DNA of 64,000 nucleotides from Glaucostegus cemiculus (Eukaryota). A model generated the notes under the pieces. That model was not told the origin of the DNA. It searched no databases and saw only the letters and a list, made by a program, of their open reading frames with translations. How positions within the stretch are numbered: position 1 is the first letter of the stretch; each line of letters starts with the position of its first letter. Of the stretch, positions 1-12,400 are shown piece by piece. Location of the stretch: positions 18,600,001 through 18,664,000 of the forward strand of contig CDPCPM010000033.1 in NCBI GenBank assembly GCA_976551045.1. Reading direction: 5' to 3'. A program made the translations under genes and the position numbers.

Positions 1-3000
1 AAACAAATCCCAAAAAATTGACAGACCTTATGTTATTTATAAAGCAGTGTGTGCCATTAACTGATGTGATTCCATAAGGTTTTGACACTACTACAAGTCA
101 TTTGATACATTATACAGAAAGGAATATGGAAATATTTCAGCTGCCTATCGGGCAAAATGTGTAAATGTGGATAGAAATTATTTGTCTAACAGCAATTCAT
201 ATTTAAAGTGGTTCATTTATTTGGAATGCACTGGTGAAAGAAGATAAGCTTTGGTTGCTCATATGCCGTTTATACATACTTATTGGGTATTAACTTATAC
301 AGAATGATTTTCATTTTTTCATAAGCATTTGAAGATTTCTATGACAAAATTAGAGTCTGACAGTGAATTGATCAGCAATTTATGATATTTTTAAATAGTT
401 TTTTAACTCAGAATTCCTTATGATTTCATATTTGTCTTATAGAATCCAATTAAATCTGATAAAATAAAGAATAAGTCCCAGAACAGTTACATTTATCCAA
501 TACAATTATGTGGGATTTGTTTAAATCTTCCAAATCCTGCAGGATTTTTAAGTAGTGGTGTGTAGTTAGGTGGATATGTGTCAGGAGGAGGCTGCTGCCA
601 CGTTGAAACTATATTTCCACATTGTACTTAATCCTATTATCCAGTTTTTTTTTTCCATCCTTTCTAGTGGATGGGTAGAGTGCCTGCCCCTCGACTCTGC
701 CAGCATCACTCCAAAAATAGCTTATGTATACCCAAGACAACCTGTAAAGGCCATCTCAGATGTAGGGAACTTTGCTATTACAAAAAAGGTGATAGCAGTC
801 CAAAAGCAATACTCATACCATAAGCTGAGAATCATTGTAGAATTAACAATGTGAAATATACAATAATTCAAATTAGGTAATCTAAATGATACAGCACAAT
901 GATAACTAATGGAAAAGATTGTTTTTGTTTAGACTGAAAACTTTGAATTTAGATTGGAGGTCTGGACTTGTAACTTGGATTGATGGAGATATCCACCTGA
1001 AAGTAATATTTTAGATATTCTTAAACAACCTCTGTTATTATTTTTGATGGTTCATGTGTCTCAGCACTCAAGTCCACTTTATTGTGGATCAAAAGTTGAC
1101 AGAAAGGAACTTACTTGCCATTGAGTTTGAAGATAAACCTGAGTTTCACAGTGCCACTGTAAATTATGTGTTTTGCTTTTGAAGTATAAGCTGAATTACT
1201 AAATTATTTATATAACATTACAACCTCACACCTTTCAAAGGCAACCGGAGCCGTGCATGAAAACGTGGTCTATCAGTGTCATTGGAAACATATGTCCTGT
1301 AATTAATAAACTCCTGTTCTTTTGTTAAAGCAGTCAGGCGAGCCTTGCCAACTTGAACTTCATTCGTTCATTTCCCACTCTGGCGTGTGTGTGCACTACT
1401 GATAATTTTAAATGTTATAAATGAAATGTTATAAATAATTTGTTATTTTTACATGTGGAAACATGGACTGTATATTGCACCAAGGGATTACTATGTGATT
1501 GCCTGGTTAATACATACTGAGAGAACCAAATGAAAAATAATCTATCAACAACACAGGATTTGATATGAGCAGAAGCATAATGGGTGAATAATACGAGTGG
1601 GTGGTTTGATCTTGTGTCTCCCTTTTACAATACATGATTTCAGTTTTCTTTCCATTCTTTTCATCTACACTAAATAAAACTACTGGGAGTTCTTTTCTTT
1701 TCACTGGCAAGCTGACCCAGGCCGGGACAAGTAACATTCCCTGAGTCTGACAGGTAGGCTCAAGGAGTTGCACATATTGGGCCTTGGGTTTCTTTTAAAT
1801 GAGATTGGCTATTCTGGTAAATAGCTTAGGGTTGCCAGACAGTTCACTGGAGGAGAGTTTTGTGCAAGGTGTAAGAAGCAATGAAAATAGGATGGATAAG
1901 GCAAGAGAGCGCAACCCGGAAGGAGTAGGTATGTGAGGACAACCATGAGAGGAGGGGCAATAGGTGGGACCACTGCGAGGACATGATGAGGTAAGGGCAA
2001 CTGGGAATAGAGTGGTCTGGAACAAGGAGGGGTTATTTCATCAGGAAGGAGTCGATCAGGATATTGGAATAGAGATCAAGATGGCCAACAGCATGAGTAA
2101 TTTATGATGGCCAGAACAAAACATTATTACTGGCATGGCTGAGCTGTGATTTTCACTTGTCTTTGCACTGGAAGACCTCCTGAGTGTGGAGTCAGGTGGA
2201 ACAACCGCCACATTCAGGAAGTACTTTAAAAAACGTGGCTTGTCGGCAAGGGATTATAGCAATGTGATTTAGGTCACTGTTTCCATTGTATGTAGAACTG
2301 TATTCCTAATGTCAGCTTGAGTTTACAAGGCAGAGTGCAATCCCATCTTGTTTTGGGGAGTACAGCATAAGAGGTTGGCTATTGAATTGTTCATGTATGA
2401 TGCAGTCGTGACTTTAATTACTTTGCCTGTTTGACAAGTAGCACATCCCCAGATTATGATAAATAGGCACTGTGTGCCTGCTGCATTGGAGACTTTGGTG
2501 TCTGTTAGCACCTGAACAGCCACACAATGGAAATGAATTACCAGCCATGAGTTTTGTTGTTTTTATGTTACTTCCAGAGTGATGGTGATTATTCTGGTAC
2601 TTTGTGCCAAAGGTGCTGACATGTGTCTAGGAAACGACGCATCCTAGCTTCCCAATATAATCTGTTACCTGGCATCCAGTTCCTTGAAGTTAAAAGGTAA
2701 GAATGATCTGTACCATTGTATTCCTATTTTCTACCCTACAGATAAAATGTTGCAGGTCCTCTGATCAGTTTGAAGACTGACTTTGAAGACTGCTTGAAGT
2801 TTACCAATAACTGTTTGGTTGTCTTTTACTTACGGCACAAATAGTGCTAAAGTGACTTACAGTTTTCTGCAAAGAAAACAATTTAATCTTGTCCATGTCA
2901 ATGATCGAGAGAAGGATATTTTGGCATGGTTGTGGTGTGATTTTCACATGTCCTTACACTGGAAGGACACTCACGTAGAACATAACTAGCAGCAAGAAGT

Positions 3001-6000
3001 AACTTTGGCCAGATGACCTGCTCTCATATTGTAGACTTACTATAATTCAATGAAAGGAGGACTGCATTGTTTCTGCTCCAGCATATTTTCTCCACAGGCG
3101 AAAAACCAAAAGCCACAAGGCGGCACTATTTTGGACTTCTCAAGGTAATGTGAATGGAGTAGGTTTGGATGAAACCGATGGTGATCCATCTCTTCTTGTT
3201 TCTTTCTATCTAATCCTTCATTTAATCCTGGTGTCAGCCAGGCAGCCATTCACAAACAATGGAAGAAAGCTGGAGCTGATAGATTGAGTAACAGGATGAC
3301 TTCATCTTTGCTCTCTTGCTGCTAAGACGCATACTGGCCATCTTGGAGTGTTTGGCTATCTGAAAAGCCTGAGTACACTCAGGTTGAGGGGTAGTCAGGG
3401 TGGTAGAAGTGAAAGGTGCCATTTATATGTGCCATTTATAGCTTGTGGGATATGGGAAAAGTGCAGTGTGAGATCTTATCACCTCTGATGGAGTTAGGAT
3501 TGCTGCAGGCTCCCACTCTGTAATGTGCACTCCAGTGATAACCAACACTCTCTTCTCTAATGGAAGGCTGGGTTAAGGTGATGAAGCCACAGCAATATTA
3601 TGCCACCTTGTCTTGCAAAAGAGAGGGAATTGTGTTACTGAGTGTCATACAGTATTTTAATGATACACAGGTTATGGTTGAATAAGAACGTGCATAAAAT
3701 AGAAAACGTCAGTGTAAAACTTGGAGACGTTGCAAGCATGATTTTTAGATCCAAGTCCCATTGAAAGAGAGTGCTGATAGGTAAGTACTGGGGGGTGTGG
3801 AGCATTCAGCATTGTGGGATGTCAGTGGTGTTGTTGGTGGGTGATGGGATTTGAAGCTGCTTGCACTTAACTTGACCATGCCTGTAAGGTCATTGAATGT
3901 TTGTCTGCAATGTATCTATGTCCTTGGGGCAATGCTTCTTGCATTGACCTCGAAGATTTTCTCCTCTGACTGCCATTTTTTTATCCTGTTCTTCAACTAA
4001 AGAAACTCTCTACTTCTATCCACATCATCTAGTCATAAATCTGCTTGCCCTTGTTTAGTCATGGCATCCAGATGGATCTCAATACCTGTGTCAGAACTTT
4101 CATCAGCTGTTCCAAGTAAAACACAACTGTCTTTTGAACTCCAAAGAAAGGTTTTAATCCACAATGGACAGTTTAAACAGAACCAAGCCACTCATGCAAG
4201 TGGCCTCTGCAGTGATGTACAAATGGAATAAACATCACAGTTAGTGCTGGATAATTGCTGAAGTCAAGTTATAGAGGCTGCTGTGTGCATTGTAATTTCT
4301 GTGTCACTGGGTCAAAAATGTATGGGTTAATTGTGCATCACAATCCCAACACCTGTTCTCCAATTTATCCCCCATTAAGCCACTAACAAGTCACACACCT
4401 CTCAAAGCAGGCATTGAATGAAACTGTCAGAATGTATAATGACTGAAGGAAAGTTATTAATATATTTATTTCTGACACAGTGGTCAACAGTGGAAAACTA
4501 AGGACTGGGGGAGGGGTTGGCAAGGGAAAACCACATTCATTTTGTGCCATTATTTGATTTGGTAAGATAAGACAAGTCAAAGCAATCAGTATTTATTGCC
4601 TGATTAATGCCCACTGCCCTTTGGTAGGATCCTACAGCAGTTCAGTGCTTTCTAAAGCTCCTTAATGTTCCTTGAAGTGAGAGTGGTGTACCAGTTCCTG
4701 ACATGGGGGCAAAAGTAAGCATTGCTCTTGAAGTGCAGCAAAACCAAGGTAGGCAGAGCCAAGTTAGCTGCTGGAAGAGGAAGGAGGAGGTAAAGCTGCG
4801 CTTTCAGCATTTTGTTTAGGGATTAAATTTTCCTTCTGGAACTTCAGGAAGGAACAAGAAACACATTGCCTGGCATGGAAGCAAAATCCTTTTGTGTATA
4901 AGTGGAGCAACTTGAGACAGAGATGGTCTGTATGTAAATGAATTGAGATGAGTAGAGAGGTGTATGGTTTAGTGATAGATCTGGTTAATCTTTGTGAATG
5001 GAATTGTTGTGAAGGACAATGCATTCAGCCGGATGTGCAAGGAAAGGTGTGTGTGATTCAGGAAAGGGAGCAGACCACAGGGAGGCATTAGAGAAAAAAA
5101 GCCCAGAAGGTAGTGAGACAATTGTAGAAGATCTCAAAAGTTGTCCTCCTTGATGAGATTTTTTTCCAAGAGCTTAGCCTTGTGTTCTTCATGATTTTCA
5201 GCCTTCAAATCAAGATGCAAGTTCTTAACAGTAAAAATTCCGTGAGTTTCAATAAGTTATTCACAAAAAGGTAAAAGATTAAAGAATTAAGAGCAGACAC
5301 TTCCATGCTGCCATGGTTCTGACAACAGCTTGTGCAAACTATATTGGAAAACATGAATCATGTTTAAAATGAAATATATGGTATTCTTGATTTTGACCAA
5401 AGGATTTTCTTCTATGATTGTGTAATGAATTAAGGGTTTGCATTCCACAGATTAATTTCAACCTTAAAGAATTAAATATTACAGATATGGTCAATTGATA
5501 GTTCTGATTTGACTCAGTTACAATGGAAAACCAGTTTTATCACATTGAATGCAAACTAAAATGATTAGTTCTGCATAGTACCAATTGGAACATATATTAA
5601 AACATGGTATATTTTGGATACTGTGTTTTTGTCAACCAAGAGTAATGAGCATCAGAGACAGGTCTGTGAGTAAAAGTAAAATCTTTTATGTCTGGAAATA
5701 TTGCAACGTGCCAGTGTAAATTCACTCTCTTATATTGAGCCTCCTCATGCGGTATCAGTAGGACATAGAAGCCTACAGCCTTTACACCTTGGAAGAAAAA
5801 CTGGTATTGAGATTTCTGATGGACTCTCATAGAAGAATATGTTAGAAAATTTGGCTAAATCTGAAGTTCAGGATAAAATAGCTATACTTCTAACTGATCT
5901 TCATGTGACCCAGTATGTATGATGGGAACTAAAACAAAGACAAAATTAAATGGGGAAAGACATTGAAAAAGCATCAAAACTTTCCTATATTGGGGGTATT

Positions 6001-7159
6001 TGTAGAGTTAGATGACAAGAGTTAAGAAAAATCCTTGAATAAGAATTATGTGTCATGCTCTGGATGTGATCCAGTTGATCATTGTGATCTATTTGCTACA
6101 TCTGTCGGTGACAGGATAAGGGAAAGCAGTGACAGTTAGTGCAGGAGGTCCTGGTTCAGCAAGGAGTCGAGTTGGTATGAAAATACCTGATTTACTATGA
6201 AGTCAGGACATCAGTATTGTGAGGGTGATCTGCTACAGCCGGACCACCAGCAGAAATGCACTTAATTCAAAGGACAATGACATTAAAGAGGTTAGACTAT
6301 AATGACAGTTTTGTGACTTCAATATATAAAATTGACAAAAATTCAAATCTCAGCATGCTTTGAGAAACCAACCAATGGGATTTTGAAATGAACAGACTGT
6401 GAGCTAATGGAAATACATCAGGAATTATTCATGCAGAAACACAAAAATTGGATTTTATACTAAACCAAAGAAATAAATAATTAGACCACACAATGATATG
6501 TTTATTTTTATCTGACTATTATTTCTCTGTGGATTTGTAAATGTTGTGGGCAGCTGTAGTCTGGCTCTCCATAAGACTTACAAATCCATGGAGAACTATC
6601 AGTCATGGTTCCACCAAGTCTGGATTCATCTGCAAATGCATTTGGAAATATAAATGCCCAAACTGTTGTTGGAGTGAAATCCAATCACCAGCCTTTCAAA
6701 ATGCCCAGAACTTTTCCATTGAAGCATTTTTGTATGATAATGGTCAAAAGCTCAAACAGAATGAATCCTTTTGAGAAGAAAATGGAGAAATTCATTGACA
6801 CAGGACTGAGTAAGAATCATTTAACAGATATATAGAAAACAGGCAAGATAAATATTGTGTATTCAAAATGGGAGGTTGCATCAATTGAATTGTTATGGGT
6901 GTAATTCTTGTATTATGTTAAAGCAGTATTCAGAGTAAACTTTATCAACTTGCGAGTGAATTGTGGACAAGATTAATCGTCTTCATTTAGGGGAACAGAC
7001 ACTTCTTAGTGGTTGCTAAGGCAAGATTTAAATATTAATCACCTAAACCTGTGAATAATATTTAAAGTTAGAAGGAAGCAATAGATTAAAGAGAACCACA
7101 GTATTCATGTAGCATTTATAAGTACAATAAACCATTAAAGGAAAGTTGAGCTGTACTAC

Positions 7160-7760
7160 TTTGTTAGCCTTGACTGATTTTTTTCCCTGACCAGATGCGT
7201 ACAGATTGAACTCGGGTATCATGGTAGCAGGGGTGAGAGTCAACTACAAACAAAACGATCTGAAGGTGCTTCATTGCTCCTTGTTTAGAGAACAGAAGGC
7301 AGTAAACTCGCATAATCTTGTAAGCAGTGATTGTGAATTTTGACATAGACTGAAGCCATAAAGGATTCCATTCCTTCAACACCCAACTGTCTATGATTAT
7401 GGATGTCCATGCTGGTCAATGTTCTGGGAGGGCATCTTGGCTAACTTAATAATATCTTTATTCTGAGGCAGTGCAGTGTATAGGTCCACCTGAACATCAG
7501 AACATGCTAAAAGGTGGCTTCAAGGGCTATCTGCTGATGATATGGCTCATGATTCCATCCATGAGCACATCAATCCATGCATAGAGTGGATGGGAAACTT
7601 ATGTGAAAGGGGACAGAGCAGACTACTGGCCTGTGATTACCTCTGCAGATTGGACTGCTTCAGAAATTCCCTGCTGTATTCAGAAAATAAACTATTTAAA
7701 TTTATGCAGGTCTGTTGCATGCAGAATAGCCTCATCATTCTAGGGCAAAGCATTTGTCCC
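7160..7760 (+). mobile_element. Decayed PIF/Harbinger (HARBI1-like) DDE transposase fossil
   Basis: Ordered frameshifted motifs: KGFHSFNTQL (from 7360; cf. RKGFHSINVQ), FILRQCSV (~7457; cf. HDSFILRQS), KGYLLMIWLMIP (from 7522; cf. D.GYPL..WLMTP), LCRLDCFRNSLLYSENK...VCCMQN (cf. FRCLD.SGG.LLYSP.K...CC.LHN). Confidence 0.7.
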
Positions 7761-8349
7761 ACTTCGCCATCCACAAGGAGTGCCACACTCTGCCTTACCT
7801 TCTGTTACCTTCCCCATAACATCTGCTGGGCAGCAATATAAAATTAAAAGCCAAACTTTCTGAACCAGATTTAAAAATCAAAGGCATTCTAGAAACTGGC
7901 TTGCAAAGCTCTTTTTTTTTAGATCCTACATGATCCACTTTTGACTTTACACAAGTTAGGTCAGGCTGAAAATCACTTTTGTGCCATATTTGAGGTTGGA
8001 TCGGCTACATCTATGTGTGATCCACATAAGTACACCTAATATATCCCCAGTGTCAGGCATGCAGCAAATGACTTCATTATACACATAACACACATTTCCC
8101 CTCATTGCAGTATAAGCTGGTGGGGGAAGCTCCACATAACAACCGTCCTGGGATGGTCTCAGTAGAACTTGTTTGTTGAGATTTTTGCTATTTAAAAGGA
8201 CACACTGCTGATTTCTGGACTCAAACGAGGCACCTTTAGAAGAGACTGTAAGCTGCTCAATTGCCTTCCAAGGTTCAGAGAGTAGACTGAAAGGAGCAGG
8301 GAGTGCTTTTTCCAGCATTCATTGACCTCAACCAGATGTATGAGGTAAT

Positions 8350-8860
8350 TGTCCGGTTCTGGTTGCCTCATTATAGAAAGGATGTGGAAGTGTTGGAAAG
8401 GGTTCGGAGGAGATTTACCAGGATGCTGCCTGGTTTAGGGAGTATGCATTATGAGGAGAGACTAAGGGAGCTAGGGCTTTACTCTTTGGAGAGAAGGAGG
8501 ATGAGAGGAGACATGATAGAGGTGTACAAAATATTAAGAGGAATAGATAGAGTGGACAGCCAGCACCTCTTTCCCAGGGCATTAGTGCCCAATATAAGAG
8601 GGCATGGCTGTAAAGTAATAGGTGGGAAGTTCAAGGGAGATATCAGAGAGTGGTTGGGGCATGGAATACACCGCCTGGGGCCGTGGTGGAGGCAGGTACA
8701 TTGGTCAAATTCAAGAGATTACTAGATCGGTATATGGAGGAATTTAAAATAGAGGGATATGTGGGAGGAAGGAGTTAGATAGTCTTAGGTGAGGTTTAAA
8801 GGTCAGCATAACATTGTGGGCCAAAGGGCCTGTATTGTGCTGTACTGCTCTATGTTCTAT
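8350..8860 (+). mobile_element. CR1 LINE, 5'-truncated 3' fragment
   Basis: ORF 8303..8725 contains the CR1 ORF2 C-terminus FWLPHYRKDVEVLERVRRRFTRMLPGL...YEERLRELGLYSLERRRMRGDMIEVYKI; ends in the tail tgtgctgtactgctctatgttctat. Confidence 0.93.
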
Positions 8861-9384
8861 TGAACTCCTTGCACACTGCATCAAGGCCATTAGTGAATCC
8901 TAGCACTGACCACTGTAACTTTGGGCAGTTGGACTGGAAGATCTCCAGGCCTTCTGTATGTAGAGCACATCTCTTTCTCTGTGCCCACATTACAGCAAAG
9001 AAGAATCTCCATTCTCCCATGTTATCATTAAGCTTGAGTTCCACAGTGAATTCCAGCATATTAAACAACTTTAATCTACTTCCCCTTTAAGAGATGCAGA
9101 CTGGCTTTAAGTGCTGTTAAGTAAGTTTTGTATGATGTTGGTCATCTTTGTCGTCATGCTGAGGCATGTAGACATCCATCATCACAACTAATGGTGGATA
9201 CGTATTGCTGTCATGTAAAATTGCAGGTGCATAATGTTGGCATGCTGCCTGGATTAGGCACAGCAGGTACAGGTTATATTGGTGCATTTACTTTTGGGGC
9301 TATCAAACTGAGCACTGATATCTGATCATTTATATCACTTTGACTGTGGGAGTTTTCACTTTAGCTGCTGCATTTTCTAAATTG

Positions 9385-9490
9385 TAAAGGTGACCACATT
9401 TCAAGAGTACTTTATTGGTTGTACAGTGCTTTGGGTCATTTTGAAGTCATGAAAAATGCTTTATAAATGTAAGTCTTTCATCCTTCCTTC
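9385..9490 (+). mobile_element. 3' tail of Deu-domain SINE / L2-type element
   Basis: cacatttcaagagtactttattggttgtacagtgctttggg...catgaaaaatgctttataaatgtaagtctttc resembles the recalled AmnSINE1/SacSINE1-type tail. Related tails at ~11900-11970 and ~35890-35985. Confidence 0.6.
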
Positions 9491-12400
9491 ATATAGATTT
9501 CTGCCAAGAATGAAATGTAATAATTGCAGTAATTTTGAATGAATTGAAATTTAATTCAATTGGCAATCTTACCAAAAAATGGACTATAAATGCTCTGAAG
9601 GTTCTTTTCAATTGTTAAATTATAATGTGAATGACTTTAAATAGAGTTGCTGAATTAAAACATGGTACAGTTAAGTGTTTCTGTATTAAGCTTCTCTCAG
9701 TAGTCTCAGCATGAAACCTTTGCATCAGTCTTAATGGTAAGCATGTTAATCACATTTCTTTTTTCTTAGGTGAGCCTGCACTGATCTGCGGCTGTTCTTG
9801 TAGCCATAGTATTCATTAGGTTGCCATGGAAACAATAGTCGCATATAAACATGCTTATGTAGATGATATGAGCTGCAATGAAATGTGGACTCAATTTGTG
9901 AAATAGAATGATTCCTTTTGGACTGTTGCTTCATTTCAGTTTATACATCTAGCTAAATGAGCACACACTTTGTTTCATTTAGCTGTAACAGCTGACATCA
10001 AGCATTTGGTTATTTTATTAGGGTTAAATATTTAAAGGTAGCTCAGGCATTTACTATTACAGAACAAACTTAAAAGCCAGATTGTAGCCAATCGCTCCTT
10101 GAGAAAACTCATAGATAATAAAGCAACAACTATTGAAATTTTATAAATCAACCAATAAATATGATAAGATCCTTGAGTTTATACTCAAAAGAATAAAAAT
10201 CATCATGAAATCACCTTTCAATGCCAGGAGAAATAAATCAAATAAATCTCTCTGCGTTACAAAGAAGTAAAAAGCAGGGTTAAGTGTCAGTTACCCACAG
10301 GTGCAAATAGGCTTGGAATGGAGCTAGTAATACATCCATAACTTAGAGTAAGAATAATACTGAGGAAGTCAAAAGCTGAACAGAGAAGTTAGGTTAATGC
10401 TAGTTTTTATTACTGTTACTGGGGTATTGTAAGCTCTTAAATACATTCTAGGGCCATCTTTTCATCAGCTTCAGAAGGGTGTTTTGTGTTTGATTTACGC
10501 AAACAACTGTTAAATTATTTTTATATTTGTGAGGAAGTGAATGATATTAGATCATCAATCCTTCGAGGCTGGGATCAGGAGAAAGGCTATTACATTTCAG
10601 AAGCTGTTAAAGCGGTTTGCCCCCGGCTTATTTTATCTGCAGTGTTTGCTGTTGGTGAAAGCCAGTGATGCCTGGAATACTGGAACAGCTTAGGGACTGG
10701 TGGCTTTGAGAGTAAATAACACCAGAGCTGCAGCCTGTGCCATATATCCCAATAACCATGCAGCAGTTAGAAGGCAATGTCTTTGATTAAAGCCGACAGT
10801 TTCAGCAAGGATGGGCCTGCACCTTCTGTTCATGCCTCTAGCTCTGGCCCCAGAGCAGGCAGCCAACAGGGCACTGTTCTGCCAGTTGTAATTTTAATTG
10901 GCCATCTGGGGAAAGCACAAACCACTGACTGGAGATTAATCAGTAAATTAACCCAGCCATAATACACATATCCCAATAGACTGCAGACAGCTTCAGGCTG
11001 GGAGCAGCTTGGGATGTTGGAGGACTTGTACTGAAATACTGTATTTCAGAATATCATGTGACTGAACATCTTCTCAGTGTCCTGAACCTCCCTTTAGTGT
11101 GACCTTGATGATGACCCTGATTTGTATGACAGTCACAGGGAGGTTTCATTTACAGTGTTCAAACACAGATGGCACAGGTACTGGCATTGCTGGAGATAAT
11201 GTTGATGAATCAGTAAGAATGACAACCTTCCTCTAGTGGGTAAATCTCTTGACAAACTAAAGCTCCAACAGGAAGAAAGATTTTCTGATTTTTGACCAAT
11301 GCTGCACTTGCAAAGGGGAAGTAATAAAGCAATTTTCTCGTCAAAATTAGATTTGGCAGTTCATTATTGTAAATATAATTGTGCATTAAAGAGTTAGTTT
11401 TATTTTTTAACTTTGAAGATATATGTGCAAAATCAAACACCATTAACAAGGATTACTAAGATTTGCACTATTACATTGGGATAGATATAGCTCAATAATA
11501 TTCACATAGGGTTTACTTATTTAATCTATTAAATATTGAATGTACATAAATTCAAATAAACAGTTATGAGTCATTTTTCTGTGAAATTTACCATTTCAAA
11601 TGACTTAAAAGAATTTGCTCCATGATAGGCAAAAAGACCAGGCAGAGTTTCAAAGTCTTGAAGAAAGATAAACCAATTTTATGAAGTTTACATTTGGCTC
11701 TCTGCCCTTGTTGGAGGATCTCTTTATTTGTTCTCACAAGTGGGTAATGCTGACTGCATTTATTGTCCAATATTGTTTAGTTACCCTGAGCCCTAAGTAA
11801 GTAGCAGAGAATCTTCTGCAGCAAATGATTTTACAATGGAAGTGCCTTGTTAGTCAGTTTTGGGGGGGGGGGAGTTTTCAGTTATTCTGCCCCACAAAGA
11901 CTCTCTTTGGATGTAGGACAGTGCACTGAGCCTACATGATAAGGTTGTATGTAAATGCAAGTTCCTTCTTTGCATTTTGTACTAAAATATATTTAAAAAC
12001 AAGATCATGTTAGATGAGGCAGCTTGGGAGCCTTAATTAACGTTTGCTATTAAGCAAGAGTGCTAATTTTAACTCATTCATAATTTCTGACATGTGTCAC
12101 AGGTAAAATCAATAAGTCCGTTTCTTCAGGTATCAATAATTAATTTTGTAGTTTGTACCAGGTGAGATTATGACTCTGAGCTTCATTGCAGTCAACAATT
12201 AACTCAGCAAATCAGACACCCTTCTTGCTTTGAAAGTAATTTTAACAATTTCAACAAAACTGTAATGCTTCTTCAAATATTCAGAGTTTACAATAACAAC
12301 ACATAACCCATAACCCATGATGCAGACAAGTTCAAACCTAAAACACTAGAAATTGACTAAATGCGGTTACATTGACAAATAAAAGTCCAGTAAACTCTGT

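Noticed and set aside
2230-2520. Minus-strand LMLYSPKQ and HIAIIP fragments suggesting a second Harbinger fossil
   Set aside because: The motifs are short and in the wrong order for a transposase; insufficient evidence.
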